Positions 1 to 9,865 are shown, counted from the first letter of the stretch. The stretch is DNA of 64,000 nt from Cenarchaeum sp. (GCA_965206845.1 OZ242221.1:224001-288000), one strand, 5' to 3'. Numbers and translations are program-made. Notes: generated from the letters alone by a model not told the origin.

Positions 1-1278
1 CAGCCGCAGCACGGCGGCGTCTCCCCCGGGTCTCACCACGGTACGGATTCCCACCTCGTGATCATACTGGCCGTACGCCCAGACTCGAGACGAAATATTG
101 GGCGACGTCAAGAGCCGCAGGAGCGCATCCGAGAGATCTTCCGGGGGCATGATCCCGGCATCACCGGGCAGGGAGGACAGGTATTCTGGCCTCCTTGAGG
201 GCCGGTCAAGCAGCTGCGCGTTTGCAACCACTCCTGCCGGCATGCTGGCAAGCGTGTCCTGACCGCTCCTGACATGCATGATGCCGTCCCCTGTCACACT
301 GCCGATGGCGGAGCACCGGATTCGGAACTTGCTGCATATCTCCTGGAGACGGGCCAGTTTGGCCTCAGGCGTTATTATCAGCATCCTTTCCTGCGACTCG
401 GACGTCATTATCTCGCCCGGCAGCATGTCTGCCTCGCGCAGGTGCAGGCGCGACACATCCATGTCTATTCCCACCGAGAGCGCGTCGGCGGTCTCAGACA
501 CCGCACAGGACAATCCGCCACCGCCCAAGTCCTTCATGGCGTGAATCAGATTCTGGTTCCTGGCCTCCAGCACCGCCTCGATTATCAGCTTCTCTATGAA
601 GGGATCCGGTATCTGCACTGCCGAGCGATTCTGGGATTCAAGCGAGTCGGACGCAAACTGCGAGCCGCCTATCCCGTCGCGGCCCGTGGGACCGCCCAGG
701 ATGACCACCACATCCCCCGGGACGGCGCGGTTCCGTATGAGGCGGTCGCGCCTGCCAAAGCCTATGGCCGACACGTCCACCAGTGCATAGTCGGTATACG
801 ATTCGTCAAACTCCAGCTCCCCGCCGACGGTCGGAATGCCCAGGCAGTTCCCATAGTCGGCGATTCCGGCCACCGCGTTTCGCAGCAGCCACCGGGCACG
901 GGCGTCGTTTCGGATGTCGCCAAACCGCAGGCCGTCAAGTATGGCAATGGGCCTTGTTCCAGCAGAGAGTATGTCCCGTATCACGCCCCCCACACCGGTG
1001 GCGGCGCCGCCGTACGGTTCGACCGCAGAGGGGTGGTTGTGGCTCTCGATGTGGACCGTAACCACGTAGCCGTCGCCCACATCAAGCACGCCAGAGTCAA
1101 AGCCCCTCTCGCTGATTACTGCCGGGCCGTCTCGCGGCAGGCAGGAGAGGTGCCTCTTGGATGACTTGTAGGAGCAGTGCTCTGACCACTCTGCTGCAAC
1201 AATGTGGATCTCCGTTGGGGTGGGATCCCGCCCGAGCCCCCTCTTCAGGTGTTCCATCTCGTCTGGCTCAAGGCTCAA
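1..1278 (-). CDS. purL: Phosphoribosylformylglycinamidine synthase subunit PurL (5' part; runs off window start)
   Basis: Minus frame from TTG at 1278 reads [40 protein letters not shown]...[23 protein letters not shown], the PurL signature. Overlaps the purQ stop (TTGA). Absent from the ORF track because it is open-ended. Confidence 0.95.
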   Translation of the reverse strand, partial: MSLEPDEMEHLKRGLGRDPTPTEIHIVAAEWSEHCSYKSSKRHLSCLPRDGPAVISERGFDSGVLDVGDGYVVTVHIESHNHPSAVEPYGGAATGVGGVIRDILSAGTRPIAILDGLRFGDIRNDARARWLLRNAVAGIADYGNCLGIPTVGGELEFDESYTDYALVDVSAIGFGRRDRLIRNRAVPGDVVVILGGPTGRDGIGGSQFASDSLESQNRSAVQIPDPFIEKLIIEAVLEARNQNLIHAMKDLGGGGLSCAVSETADALSVGIDMDVSRLHLREADMLPGEIMTSESQERMLIITPEAKLARLQEICSKFRIRCSAIGSVTGDGIMHVRSGQDTLASMPAGVVANAQLLDRPSRRPEYLSSLPGDAGIMPPEDLSDALLRLLTSPNISSRVWAYGQYDHEVGIRTVVRPGGDAAVLRL

Positions 1279-1955
1279 CGCGTTGCACCGGCTTTTTTGA
1301 TAAGCGACTCAAAGATGAGCGAGGACTGCTTGTAGCCTGACGGGTTTATCGCGGCCTCTGCGGCCCTCTCGGGGTGGGGCATCATGCCGACCACGTTTCC
1401 CTCCTCGTTGCAGACCCCGGCTATGTTGCCTGACGAGCCGTTGACGTCTGTAAGGTACCGAAAGACTATCCGGTGGTTCTCCTCCAGCTCCCGAAGCGTC
1501 TGCTCGTCGGCAAAGTAGCGGCCCTCGCCGTTGGCTATGGGAACCGGTATCCTCTGGGAGGGGTACATCCTGCGGGTAAACGGGGTGCTGCAGTTCTCGA
1601 CCTGCAGCTCCACCCACTGGCACATGAACTTTTGCGACCTGTTTTGGATCAGGGCCCCTGGAAGGAGCCCTGCCTCTGTCAAGATCTGAAAGCCGTTGCA
1701 GACGCCCAAGACCGGTACCCCGTTGCCTGCCGTCTCCTTGATCTGCGGTATGATGGGGCTGTGCGCGGCAATTATGCCGGCCCTCAGCCGGTCGCCATAA
1801 GAGAAGCCCCCGGGGAGCACTATTGCATCCATGTCTCCGGGCAGCCGATCCTCGTGCCAGATCAGGCTTGCATCTAAATGATAAACATCCTTGAGAACGT
1901 GGAGCATGTCACGATCACAGTTGCTGCCAGGAAATACGATTATCCCGACCTTCAC
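1275..1955 (-). CDS. purQ: FGAM synthase glutaminase subunit PurQ
   Basis: [26 protein letters not shown] (catalytic Cys) and GMMPHPER motifs. Confidence 0.97.
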   Translation of the reverse strand: MKVGIIVFPGSNCDRDMLHVLKDVYHLDASLIWHEDRLPGDMDAIVLPGGFSYGDRLRAGIIAAHSPIIPQIKETAGNGVPVLGVCNGFQILTEAGLLPGALIQNRSQKFMCQWVELQVENCSTPFTRRMYPSQRIPVPIANGEGRYFADEQTLRELEENHRIVFRYLTDVNGSSGNIAGVCNEEGNVVGMMPHPERAAEAAINPSGYKQSSLIFESLIKKAGATR

Positions 1956-2066
1956 GGTGTAGACAGGCAGAGACGGCTATTTAATTCAAGGTGTGTCAGA
2001 GTGGGCGCAGGATTCCTGCCACCGCCCAAAGGCCGGCCTGAACCTGTCAGTGGGTTGAGGGACATT

Positions 2067-2130
2067 ATATAAAGAACTTGTCAATGAGTTGACAAGCGTC
2101 ATATAAAGAACTTGTCAATAAATTAACAAA
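2067..2130. promoter_or_regulatory. Tandem 19-bp direct repeat (34-bp period), each unit running into a palindrome; possible operator pair
   Basis: ATATAAAGAACTTGTCAAT at 2067 and 2101; perfect CTTGTCAA-tgag-TTGACAAG (2077-2096) and an imperfect second copy (2111-2130). Confidence 0.5.
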
Positions 2131-2288
2131 TCTGTAGTCCGAAAAGTAGTTCACCCCCGGCGGGACTGGTGGATCCCTTAGTTCATAATCCGGCACAAGT
2201 ACAGCACGATCCCCTTCATGGGGATCCAGGATCTAACTGCGCGACATCTGTGCCCGACGTATGCGGCGCCAGCCTGGTCATGTGGTGC

Positions 2289-2339
2289 GGGTCTGATGGA
2301 ATCCACCCAGCATACGCGGCTTATTTTGGATCCTTCCCA
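2289..2339 (-). repeat. ~50-bp decayed IS630 5' fragment, repeated at 7867-7918
   Basis: GGAATCCACCYAGCATACGCGGCTTATTTTGGA at both sites; the minus strand resembles the KDPK..RML start of the local IS630 transposases. Confidence 0.55.
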
Positions 2340-2450
2340 CCGTTCTAGCTCCCGCTGTTCAGCCTTGGGTTGTTTTCCATCAATATACAGACTGCAAGGT
2401 TCCCCTACCCCAGCACCACCCTGAATTGGCAGGAGACCGGCAGCCTACTT

Positions 2451-2777
2451 CTAGCAGTGCAGATGCGCATAGGTTGGGTATCCGTGTCTTTGTGTGTCGC
2501 ACCGCATTCCCTCGATGCGGCGACCAGACCCTGTTGCGCTTGTGCGGCGCTCCAGGCCGAGCCGAAGGAGATCCCGGAGGCTGTCCAAGCCTTCTTCGCC
2601 ATACCGCTTGAGCCAGCCGTGCACCCATCTTTCAGACTGCATGAGATCTGCTACCGTCTCATCAATGTCCTTCTTGCGCACACGAACCATGTGCACGGCA
2701 AGAATCCGAGCCCTTATTCTGGAATCCTTTTCTCTCCGGTGCGCTTTTTTGAGATCGTCTTTATTTGTCCTTCTCAT
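2451..2777 (-). pseudogene. IS630-family transposase N-terminal HTH fragment
   Basis: EKDSRIRARILAVHMVRVRK...WVHGWLKRYGEEGLDSLRDL, paralogous to 15510-15779; no DDE domain follows. Confidence 0.85.
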
Positions 2778-2956
2778 AGCACGTCTGGGATTGACGGATC
2801 TAGCAAACTTTCGGTTAGGGGATTAAAGTTTGGAGCGAATTTTTGCGTGCAGCTACGGTTGCATCCCTACATTACCCGTAAAAAAACAGAGAGAACATGG
2901 CACTCTTGGCGTAGTGGCAAGACACTGTTCATTTTTGGTGATCTGGCTTGCACGGG

Positions 2957-3199
2957 GGCTCTGGTAAATTCTGGTGATCTCTACCGTCCACTGTTCAAAA
3001 GTGTGTTATAGGATCTTTCCTGGATTCGATCCCGCCACATTTCGTCACGGTGCTAGAAAGTGCGGCGCATTCAACAAGGCTGCTCAAAAGTGAGCTCACT
3101 CATATTTGCACCTTGGTGGTAGATTTTTGTGATCTCGATCCATTCTTTTCTTGACCCTAGTAAACATTAGTGATCTGATCACCAAAATCTGCCAGAGCC
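2957..3199. mobile_element. ~240-bp MITE, copy 1
   Basis: TIRs GGCTCTGGTAAATTCTGGTGATC / GATCACCAAAATCTGCCAGAGCC; alignable over its full length with 9866-10108; truncates the IS630 fragment at 3179-3430. Confidence 0.85.
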
Positions 3200-3504
3200 C
3201 CTTGGCCTTCCGCTCCGGGGGAGATCCCGGAGGCTGTCAAGGCCTCCCAGATCATAGCGCTCTACCCACATGCGGATCCAGTTAGGACACTGCATGGGGT
3301 TTTCTGCTGTCTCGTCTATCCCGAGGCCGCGGATGCGCACCATGTGGACTGCAAGCATCCTGCTACGTACTTTTGGATCCTCCTCCTTTTTGAACGCAGG
3401 TACAGCTCCCCTCTTGTTTTCGCCATGCATCGTCTAGGCAGATTCGATCAATATTCGTTCCGGTCTGGCTTGTTTTTTCTCCAAAAACTTAGTCTCGTCA
3501 CTAT
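3200..3504 (-). pseudogene. IS630 transposase N-terminal fragment with probable element end (...CACTATA at 3504)
   Basis: EEDPKVRSRMLAVHMVRIRG...RYDLGGLDSLRDLPRSGRP; cut by the MITE. Confidence 0.8.
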
Positions 3505-3614
3505 AGTTGGAGGAACGCATTTGTGTTAACTGGGATCATTACTGTGGATACAGGTTCCCTTCCGACTTACCGTTACTTTAGGTCGGGTTCACTTCCAGCA
3601 CTACCTTAGACTAT

Positions 3615-4061
3615 TTATTCTGAGAACTTTTGACAGTGGTTGACAAGCCTTTTTGTAAAGTAGTCCCAGCCTGTATGATGTTCCTTGAATAGCTCTTGTG
3701 GTTTTCCTGTAAATCCAGAATGAAGCAATTCTACTTTGGTTTTGTTGTTACCAATGTTATGCAAAGTCCAACTCACAATAGTTTTTGGAAAATCAGAAAT
3801 ACCTTCCGGGATCCATGTGTAGGATAATTTTTTGTTTGGAACAAACTCTACGATCTCTCCATTGGGATAAAAATCTCGATTCAAATTTTCAGCTTTTTTT
3901 GCATAAAAAGTAAATCTTACCTTTCCACCAATTCTTGGTTCTAAGACTACAACGTCTGGAAACCATTGAGTAAGTTCGTCTTCTGCAGTTAGTGCTCGAA
4001 ATACGGTTTCTACAGATGCATCAATCTCTATTATTTTTCTAATTTCCATGCTTTTTCTCAT
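3615..4061 (-). CDS. SRPBCC/AHSA1-domain protein
   Basis: IEIDASVETVFRALT...WFP...GEIVEFVPNKKLSYTW...GWDYF pattern; overlaps the upstream ArsR gene; AT-rich. Confidence 0.9.
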   Translation of the reverse strand: MRKSMEIRKIIEIDASVETVFRALTAEDELTQWFPDVVVLEPRIGGKVRFTFYAKKAENLNRDFYPNGEIVEFVPNKKLSYTWIPEGISDFPKTIVSWTLHNIGNNKTKVELLHSGFTGKPQELFKEHHTGWDYFTKRLVNHCQKFSE

Positions 4062-4372
4062 CTTTTCCTACTGTTCTTCTCCTTGTTTTGGACAAATTCC
4101 TTGAGAGAGTCCAGTTGGTAACTCCACAAACTCTCAAAGAACTTTAGAAGCTCCAGCGCTTTTTTCTGGTTAATAGAATAGTATCTGTTTTTCCCCTCCT
4201 TGATTTCTGTAACCAAGTCAGCATCCCTTAGAACTCTAAGATGAACAGATACTGCCGCAAACGTAAAATCAAAGTGTTTAGAGATCTCGCTGGGCGTCAT
4301 GGGGTGCTTTTTTAGTAACACCAAGATCTTTCTTCTGCTGTCATCTGCTATTGCCTTCCACGGTGATCCCAT
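4058..4372 (-). CDS. ArsR/SmtB-family transcriptional regulator
   Basis: AIADDSRRKILVLL...AVSVHLRVLRDADLV...GKNRYYS wHTH motif. Confidence 0.93.
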   Translation of the reverse strand: MGSPWKAIADDSRRKILVLLKKHPMTPSEISKHFDFTFAAVSVHLRVLRDADLVTEIKEGKNRYYSINQKKALELLKFFESLWSYQLDSLKEFVQNKEKNSRKR

Positions 4373-4400
4373 AAGCTTAAATAATCAAGCATATATTTAA

Positions 4401-4892
4401 ATGATAATGTCAAATGACGCGATTTATCGTAGTATAAATTGGAAAAGGCTGGCATCTGCCGCTCCTTTGGTGGCGGTAATCCACATGTTCTTGCTTTATG
4501 GTCTGTTTATGAATCCAATATCACTAAATGTGATATTCAGTGAAAATATGGGACAAAGTGACAAGTTGATTGCGGTTTGGAATACTTTGGAACCTATTCC
4601 ATCTGAGATATCACTGACGCCAGCATTGATCATCACTCCCATGATCTTCAGCTTCCTTTTCGCTGTGCTCTATGAGTCAATTCCAGGTAATGGAAGACTT
4701 AGAAAGGGGTTCTTTTTCGGAATTATGTGGTGGGGAACTGCTGCAGTGTTTTTTGAGTTGTTCACGCCCCTGGGATTGTTTGGAGAACCGTTACATTTGC
4801 TTGGTTATGAACTGTTTTTGTGGTTTGTAGGATTGGTTGCTGTAGGAGTAATACTTGGTATCATTTATGTTCCAAAAAGTATTTCAAAGTAA
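4401..4892 (+). CDS. Hypothetical membrane protein (~4 TM)
   Basis: Clean AT-rich ORF with four hydrophobic segments, divergent from the ArsR gene. Confidence 0.75.
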   Translation: MIMSNDAIYRSINWKRLASAAPLVAVIHMFLLYGLFMNPISLNVIFSENMGQSDKLIAVWNTLEPIPSEISLTPALIITPMIFSFLFAVLYESIPGNGRLRKGFFFGIMWWGTAAVFFELFTPLGLFGEPLHLLGYELFLWFVGLVAVGVILGIIYVPKSISK

Positions 4893-4921
4893 TCAGAAAT
4901 TACGTGTTAGAATAGATTCTA

Positions 4922-5056
4922 AATCATAAGTCTAATTCCGGAAGCCTTCAAAAGTGCTGGTGCAAGTCCTGCGGCAAGCATTTTTCCACGAACCTGAAGC
5001 TCGAGAGCATGCACACAGATCCAGAAACGATCACGGCCGCGATGAACCTATATTTT
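4922..5056 (+). pseudogene. Transposase remnant with zinc finger (IS6/IS1-like)
   Basis: Frame not in the track reads NHKSNSGSLQKCWCKSCGKHFSTNLKLESMHTDPETITAAMNLYF; ends at the mini-MITE. Confidence 0.6.
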
Positions 5057-5133
5057 GGCACTGTTCAAAATTGTGGATCACGGTTAAAATCAGTTCAGCC
5101 AGCACCGCCAGATCACCCTGTCTGAACAGTGCC
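5057..5133. mobile_element. 77-bp mini-MITE with IS6-like ends
   Basis: Perfect 11-bp TIR GGCACTGTTCA...TGAACAGTGCC; GGCACTGTT is the IS26/IS6 terminus. Confidence 0.7.
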
Positions 5134-5242
5134 AGTGTGATTTCACATGCGCGTCCGAGAAGAAAGAATGGACGCTCCAGATGCCGTCAATCATGAACAT
5201 GAACAGGAGGCGCGAGGAAAGCATGGGGGCCGCGATGCCAGA

Positions 5243-5689
5243 TCCTTCAACTCCGATCTCTCCACATGGGACGTCTCGGGCGTGACTGACATGTCAGAAA
5301 TGTTCCTCGCCGCCTACTCCTTTACCCAGGATCTGGGCAGCTGGTACATCACGCTTGATGACACATCTATTGACGATGGCGACGCCACTAGGGCAGTCGG
5401 GAATATTTCGGCACAAAACTCCTTCCTTGGCGGCCAGTCTCTTAGATACAGCATAGCCCCAGGCGGAGATGGTGACGCTTTTGAAATTGACGGAACTGTC
5501 CTGAAGCTAAAATCAACTCCAAATTATGCCAGCAAGAGCTCTTACACCGTAACCATATCGTCGACTGGTGCGTTTGGCACATACGAACAGGGGGTCGTGG
5601 AAGGGAATCCGCCCCTTGCCGTAACCACATCGTCGACTGGTACGTTTGTCACATCCAACTCAGAGACGTTTAAGATCCGGGTAGTGTAG
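5243..5689 (+). pseudogene. Orphan C-terminal fragment of a DUF285/cadherin-like surface protein
   Basis: One SFNxDxSxWDVSGVTDMS repeat plus a C-terminal domain nearly identical to 9248-9622; no signal peptide; extra 72-nt segment. Confidence 0.85.
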
Positions 5690-5933
5690 GCATTTAGATC
5701 TGGTGCAGGGACTGCCAGACGGTAAACACCGGCGACCTTGTCCAAGAGCGGTACAAAGCCCCATTTCTGTAGCCCGAAGCGCAGTATGCCTCCCTCAAGA
5801 CAGGGACGATGCAAGCACGTTCCACGTTGAGCCGATCCGAGTCAGCCTTACAAACCTGTCAGGTTGCCAGCGCATGGCCTGAATTACACTGTTCAATCTG
5901 CGAGACTTTTGGGTTTTTTCAGGAATGAAAACT
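5243..5933 (+). repeat. Segmental duplication of 9248-9865 (coding tail plus ~240 bp of 3' flank)
   Basis: Direct alignment by eye, e.g. CCCCATTTCTGTAGCCCGAAGCGCAGTATGCCTCCCTCAAGACAGG in both copies. Confidence 0.92.
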
Positions 5934-5962
5934 ATGAAAACCCCCGAAGATTGAACAGTGTA
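5885..5962. mobile_element. 78-bp mini-MITE
   Basis: Perfect 15-bp TIR TACACTGTTCAATCT...AGATTGAACAGTGTA; its halves recur at 9817-9865 and 17975-18011. Confidence 0.8.
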
Positions 5963-6014
5963 TCCTACAGTACACTGTTAACTATTCGAGTGGTTTCCCC
6001 AAATCAGACCAGGT

Positions 6015-6053
6015 GTTAACTTAGGGTGGTGGAGCGTTAACTTAGGGTGGTGG
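6015..6053. repeat. 18-bp direct repeat x2
   Basis: GTTAACTTAGGGTGGTGG at 6015 and 6036. Confidence 0.8.
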
Positions 6054-6264
6054 GTTTTAGGCGTGCCGCCAGGCGTTGACATCCATCATGTAATGAACAT
6101 GTATGGGGAAATGCCATATTCGTGCCATGATGACATGCCTGCCCATGTGGGACAAGCTGGAACAAGGCCGGATTGGGAAGTCGTCAGAAGCGTTCCGAAC
6201 TGCCTAACACATCATGTTCTTGGTTTAATACTAATTTAAATGCAAATTACCACAACCATTCCAA

Positions 6265-7152
6265 ATGCTGAAAATTATGATACTTGGTATCGCGCTTACA
6301 GCGATCGCGCTGTCAGTCACGATATATGTTGCCGACTCCAAAACGGTTCCGCTGTCGCTCGCGCAGGAACGCGGCGACACCCAGATGTATGACGTGGTAT
6401 GCACTGACAACCTAGGGACAATCAGCTCATTCCCGGTCGTCTGCATGTCCAGACTACCAAACATTGGAGAGACTGCGATAGTGGAGATAACGTACGCCAA
6501 TACGCTGTCCGTTGACGTCACTGACACTGAAGAGGATAGAACATGGCCGGGTTTTACGACTGGCTGGAGGGTACATCATGGATTTGAGGTGGTGGATTCT
6601 GGCGGTCTTGAATATGAAACATTATACGTGAACGCGACGGGTTCAACGTTGGCCGGATATACAGCATTTACACCGTTAAACGTTGGAGAATCAATCACGT
6701 ATCGCATTGAAGTCAGAGCAATTAATGAAGGTTACAGCTTCATTTCAGGCATAGGATATCTTGAGATGTCAAATATGATGCACTTGTATCTTGATGACGA
6801 GGAAACACTGCAATACCAAGAACACCGGACGAGATATCCAGATATGCATCCAGTTCCGAAGAGCACGCCATATGTCAAAAGCACGGAATTATTCCCTCCT
6901 CTAACAGACGAGGAACGCGATGCAGCCACAGAATACGTTCCGCCGTCGCGCGAACGGCTTGCCGACTTCTTTAAGGCGTATTTTTCAAGCGACGATACCG
7001 ATGACACCATAGGCGAAGCGATGGATTTCGTCCAGCAAATGGGTGGCCACCTGAACTACACCCTGGCTGACCTCAAGGAGATACTCGGAGGTGCGGGGTA
7101 CACTAACGACGAGATCGAGTCTGAGTGGTCGAACCGCGCGCCGACGCGGTAA
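6265..7152 (+). CDS. Hypothetical exported protein, possibly C-terminally truncated
   Basis: Signal-peptide-like N-terminus; TATA-like TTTAAA ~25 nt upstream; coding-like sequence continues to the IS end at 7383. Confidence 0.75.
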   Translation: MLKIMILGIALTAIALSVTIYVADSKTVPLSLAQERGDTQMYDVVCTDNLGTISSFPVVCMSRLPNIGETAIVEITYANTLSVDVTDTEEDRTWPGFTTGWRVHHGFEVVDSGGLEYETLYVNATGSTLAGYTAFTPLNVGESITYRIEVRAINEGYSFISGIGYLEMSNMMHLYLDDEETLQYQEHRTRYPDMHPVPKSTPYVKSTELFPPLTDEERDAATEYVPPSRERLADFFKAYFSSDDTDDTIGEAMDFVQQMGGHLNYTLADLKEILGGAGYTNDEIESEWSNRAPTR

Positions 7153-7382
7153 GCAACCCCATGACTGACTCCGTTCCCACAGGAGTGGACGAAACCTACA
7201 CCGTCAGCGCCAATTGATAAATGCGGCGCCCGAATCCGCATTCTTTGGGAGAAGCACAAGATGCCGCGTCCGGAATGATGAATCCGATGGCAGCCTGGAG
7301 CGCGTTGGTTGGACTGGGTTGGTCAGGATCCACGATTTTGATGATGATTTACCTGCAAGTTGCCAGAGCCAGCTTACCACCC

Positions 7383-7753
7383 TACACCGCCGAGTATAAT
7401 TTCGTGAACAACCGCCAGATTTGATGCAGGCCCGAAGATAGGATTGCCGAATTTCTTCCAAGTCGCTTGTTGTTTTTGTCCCAAAATACAGGTTCGTTTA
7501 GATCCGTGAAGGGTCGTGGGCGGCCGTTTACCGTTTCCGGACCTGCGTGCGCACGATCCCCTGTGCGCCTGCTGGCGCCTGCCTATGCTTTTCTGTAGAG
7601 GTACTTCTCGATGTCAAGTTTTGACAGGGGCGACCTCAGCCACTTGTCGATGTCGCTGCACATGGAGCTGAACCGGACGTACGGCACGTCCAGGACCGCG
7701 TGTTTCATCTAGCGCCACACCCCCTCAATCGCGTTGAGGTCGGGACAGCCGGG
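7383..7753 (-). mobile_element. Truncated IS630 3' end (copy of 12114-12485)
   Basis: Begins TACACCGCCGAGTATAATTTCGTG as at 12114; encodes PPGCPDLNAIE of the transposase C-terminus. Confidence 0.9.
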
Positions 7754-7957
7754 AGGCGGACAATCGCGGGGAGGTATTTGCGTGCCTTTTCCAGGCGCAT
7801 GCCGTACTGTCGCACCAGGCCTGCGCTGGCGGTTCCGTATTTTTTTTGCCGCCGGCTGTCCAAGGTGGGTCTGTCGGAATCCACCTAGCATACGCGGCTT
7901 ATTTTGGACCCTTTCCCAGCCCCAACTTACAGATCCTTTAATTGATATCGTCCGTCA

Positions 7958-9622
7958 ATGCCCATAATGCAAAAAATAACGATACTGGGTCTTGCCGTGG
8001 CCGTATCCATGATGTCCTGCACCGTGTCAGTTGCGGAGGCCGAGCCGATCCCCTCACCATACCGACAGGCACGGGACGGAGTGCCCATAGGCGAGATAGT
8101 GTGCGCCGGAGACCGCATGCTGATGCTGTCGCCGTCAGGTATGCCGGCGTGCGTCTTTGCAGGATCGGTAGAGGTGCTGGAACGGCGCGGATTCGTACTG
8201 CTATCCGAAGTGCCCCGTGACGATCTTTCGACAAAACAGCCAGGAGCATCGGAAAAAGCGGGAGGAACCGGCAGTCCGGACGCGTCCAAAACGGGCGACA
8301 GGCCATTCGTCACCACTTGGCGGACCGCCTCGCCGAACGAGTCGATAACCATCCCGGTAGGGAGATCTACGGGAGCATACGCTGTAGACTGGGGCGATGG
8401 AATCGTAACAGGCGTCACCGGGGATACATCACATGCTTATGCTAGTCCTGGAGAGTACCAAGTCGTCATATCCGGCGACTTTACAAGAATCTATCTCAAC
8501 AGCCACCCTGTTGCGCAAGCTCCGTGCAACCATATATCGGACGACTGTCTCCACCAGACTAGTTCCGCGCAAAAGCTACAATCCATAGATCAGTGGGGCG
8601 ACATCAGATGGGAATCGATGAACTCGGCATTTGAGGGAGCGTCGAACATGGTGTATCGTGCAAATGATGCCCCTGATCTCTCAAGCGTGACTGACATGTC
8701 CCAAATGTTCTTCTATGCCGAGTCCTTCAACGGCGACATCTCCTCATGGGACGTCTCAGGCGTGACTGACATGTCCGACATGTTCTCCGTCGCCGTCTCC
8801 TTCAACAGCGACATCTCCTCATGGAATGTCTCAAGTGTGACTGACATGAGTAACATGTTCTATGTAGCCAGCTCCTTCAACAGCGACATCTCCTCGTGGA
8901 GTGTCTCAAACGTGACTGACATGTCCAGAATGTTCGCCCAAGCCGAGTCCTTCAACAGCGACATCTCCTCGTGGAGTGTCTCAAACGTGACTGACATGTC
9001 CAGCATGTTCCGCTCTGCCGAGTCCTTCAACGACGACATCTCCCCATGGGATGTCTCGGGCGTGACTGACATGTCCCACATGTTCAGGGGAGCCGATTCC
9101 TTCAACGGCGACATCTCCACATGGGACGTCTCGGGCGTGACTAACATGTCTTGGATGTTCAGCGGTGCCGACTCCTTCAACGGCGACGTCTCCCCATGGG
9201 ACGTCTCGGGCGTGACTGGCATGTCCGGAATGTTCGGCTCTGCCACTTCCTTCAACGGCGACATCTCTGAATGGGACGTCTCGGGCGTGACTGACATGTC
9301 CGCAATGCTCGGTGGTGCCTACTCCTTTACCCAGAATCTGGGCAGCTGGTACATTACGCTTGATGACACATCTATTGACGATGGCGACGCTACTAGGACA
9401 GTCGGGAATATTTCGGCACAAAACTCCTTCCTTGGCGGCCAGTCTCTTAGATACAGCATAGCCCCGGGCGGAGATGGTGACACCTTTGAAATTGACGGAA
9501 CTGTCTTGAAGCTAAAATCAACTCCAAACTATACCAGCAAGAGCTCTTACACCGTAACCATATCGTCGACTGGTGCGTTTGGCACATCCAACTCAGAGAC
9601 ATTTGAGATCCGGGTAGTGTAG
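7958..9622 (+). CDS. Secreted DUF285 (BspA-like) repeat surface protein with PKD-like and cadherin-like domains
   Basis: Signal peptide; PFVTTWRT...VDWGDG...HAYASPGEYQVVISG; IDQWGDIRWESMNSAF; nine 25-aa VTDMSxMFxxAxSFNxDISxWDVS repeats; C-terminal FEIDG..L.LK..PNY..KSSY.VTI. Confidence 0.93.
   Translation: MPIMQKITILGLAVAVSMMSCTVSVAEAEPIPSPYRQARDGVPIGEIVCAGDRMLMLSPSGMPACVFAGSVEVLERRGFVLLSEVPRDDLSTKQPGASEKAGGTGSPDASKTGDRPFVTTWRTASPNESITIPVGRSTGAYAVDWGDGIVTGVTGDTSHAYASPGEYQVVISGDFTRIYLNSHPVAQAPCNHISDDCLHQTSSAQKLQSIDQWGDIRWESMNSAFEGASNMVYRANDAPDLSSVTDMSQMFFYAESFNGDISSWDVSGVTDMSDMFSVAVSFNSDISSWNVSSVTDMSNMFYVASSFNSDISSWSVSNVTDMSRMFAQAESFNSDISSWSVSNVTDMSSMFRSAESFNDDISPWDVSGVTDMSHMFRGADSFNGDISTWDVSGVTNMSWMFSGADSFNGDVSPWDVSGVTGMSGMFGSATSFNGDISEWDVSGVTDMSAMLGGAYSFTQNLGSWYITLDDTSIDDGDATRTVGNISAQNSFLGGQSLRYSIAPGGDGDTFEIDGTVLKLKSTPNYTSKSSYTVTISSTGAFGTSNSETFEIRVV
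8687..9335 (+). repeat. 75-nt coding tandem repeat, 9 units
   Basis: GTGACTGACATGTC-type motif every 75 nt from 8687 to 9287. Confidence 0.95.
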
Positions 9623-9865
9623 ACATTTAGATCTGGTGCAGGAGGCTACCAGACGGTAAGCACCGGCTACATTGTCCAAGAACGGCACAAGCCCCATTTC
9701 TGTAGCCCGAAGCGCAGTATGCCTCCCTCAAGACAGGGGGATGCAAGCACGTTCCACGTTGAGCCGATCCGAGTCAGCCTTACAAACCTGTTAGGTTGCC
9801 AGCGCATGGCCTGAATTACGCTGTTCAATCTGCGAGACTTTTGGGTTTTTTCAGGAATGAAAACT

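Noticed and set aside
274-1164. 296-aa plus-strand ORF and many similar long antisense ORFs (e.g. 12198-13262, 26404-27483, 27297-28496)
   Set aside because: Shadow frames opposite real genes in GC-rich DNA; no motifs
6015-6053. Telomere-like TTAGGG repeat
   Set aside because: Only two copies inside an 18-bp duplication near a MITE end
8687-9335. CRISPR array
   Set aside because: Repeats are in-frame 75-nt protein repeats without unique spacers; no cas genes seen
5243-9622. Diversity-generating retroelement (TR/VR pair) between the DUF285 tail copies
   Set aside because: Mismatches include many C/T and other non-adenine changes, the duplication extends into the non-coding flank, and there is no reverse transcriptase in the window
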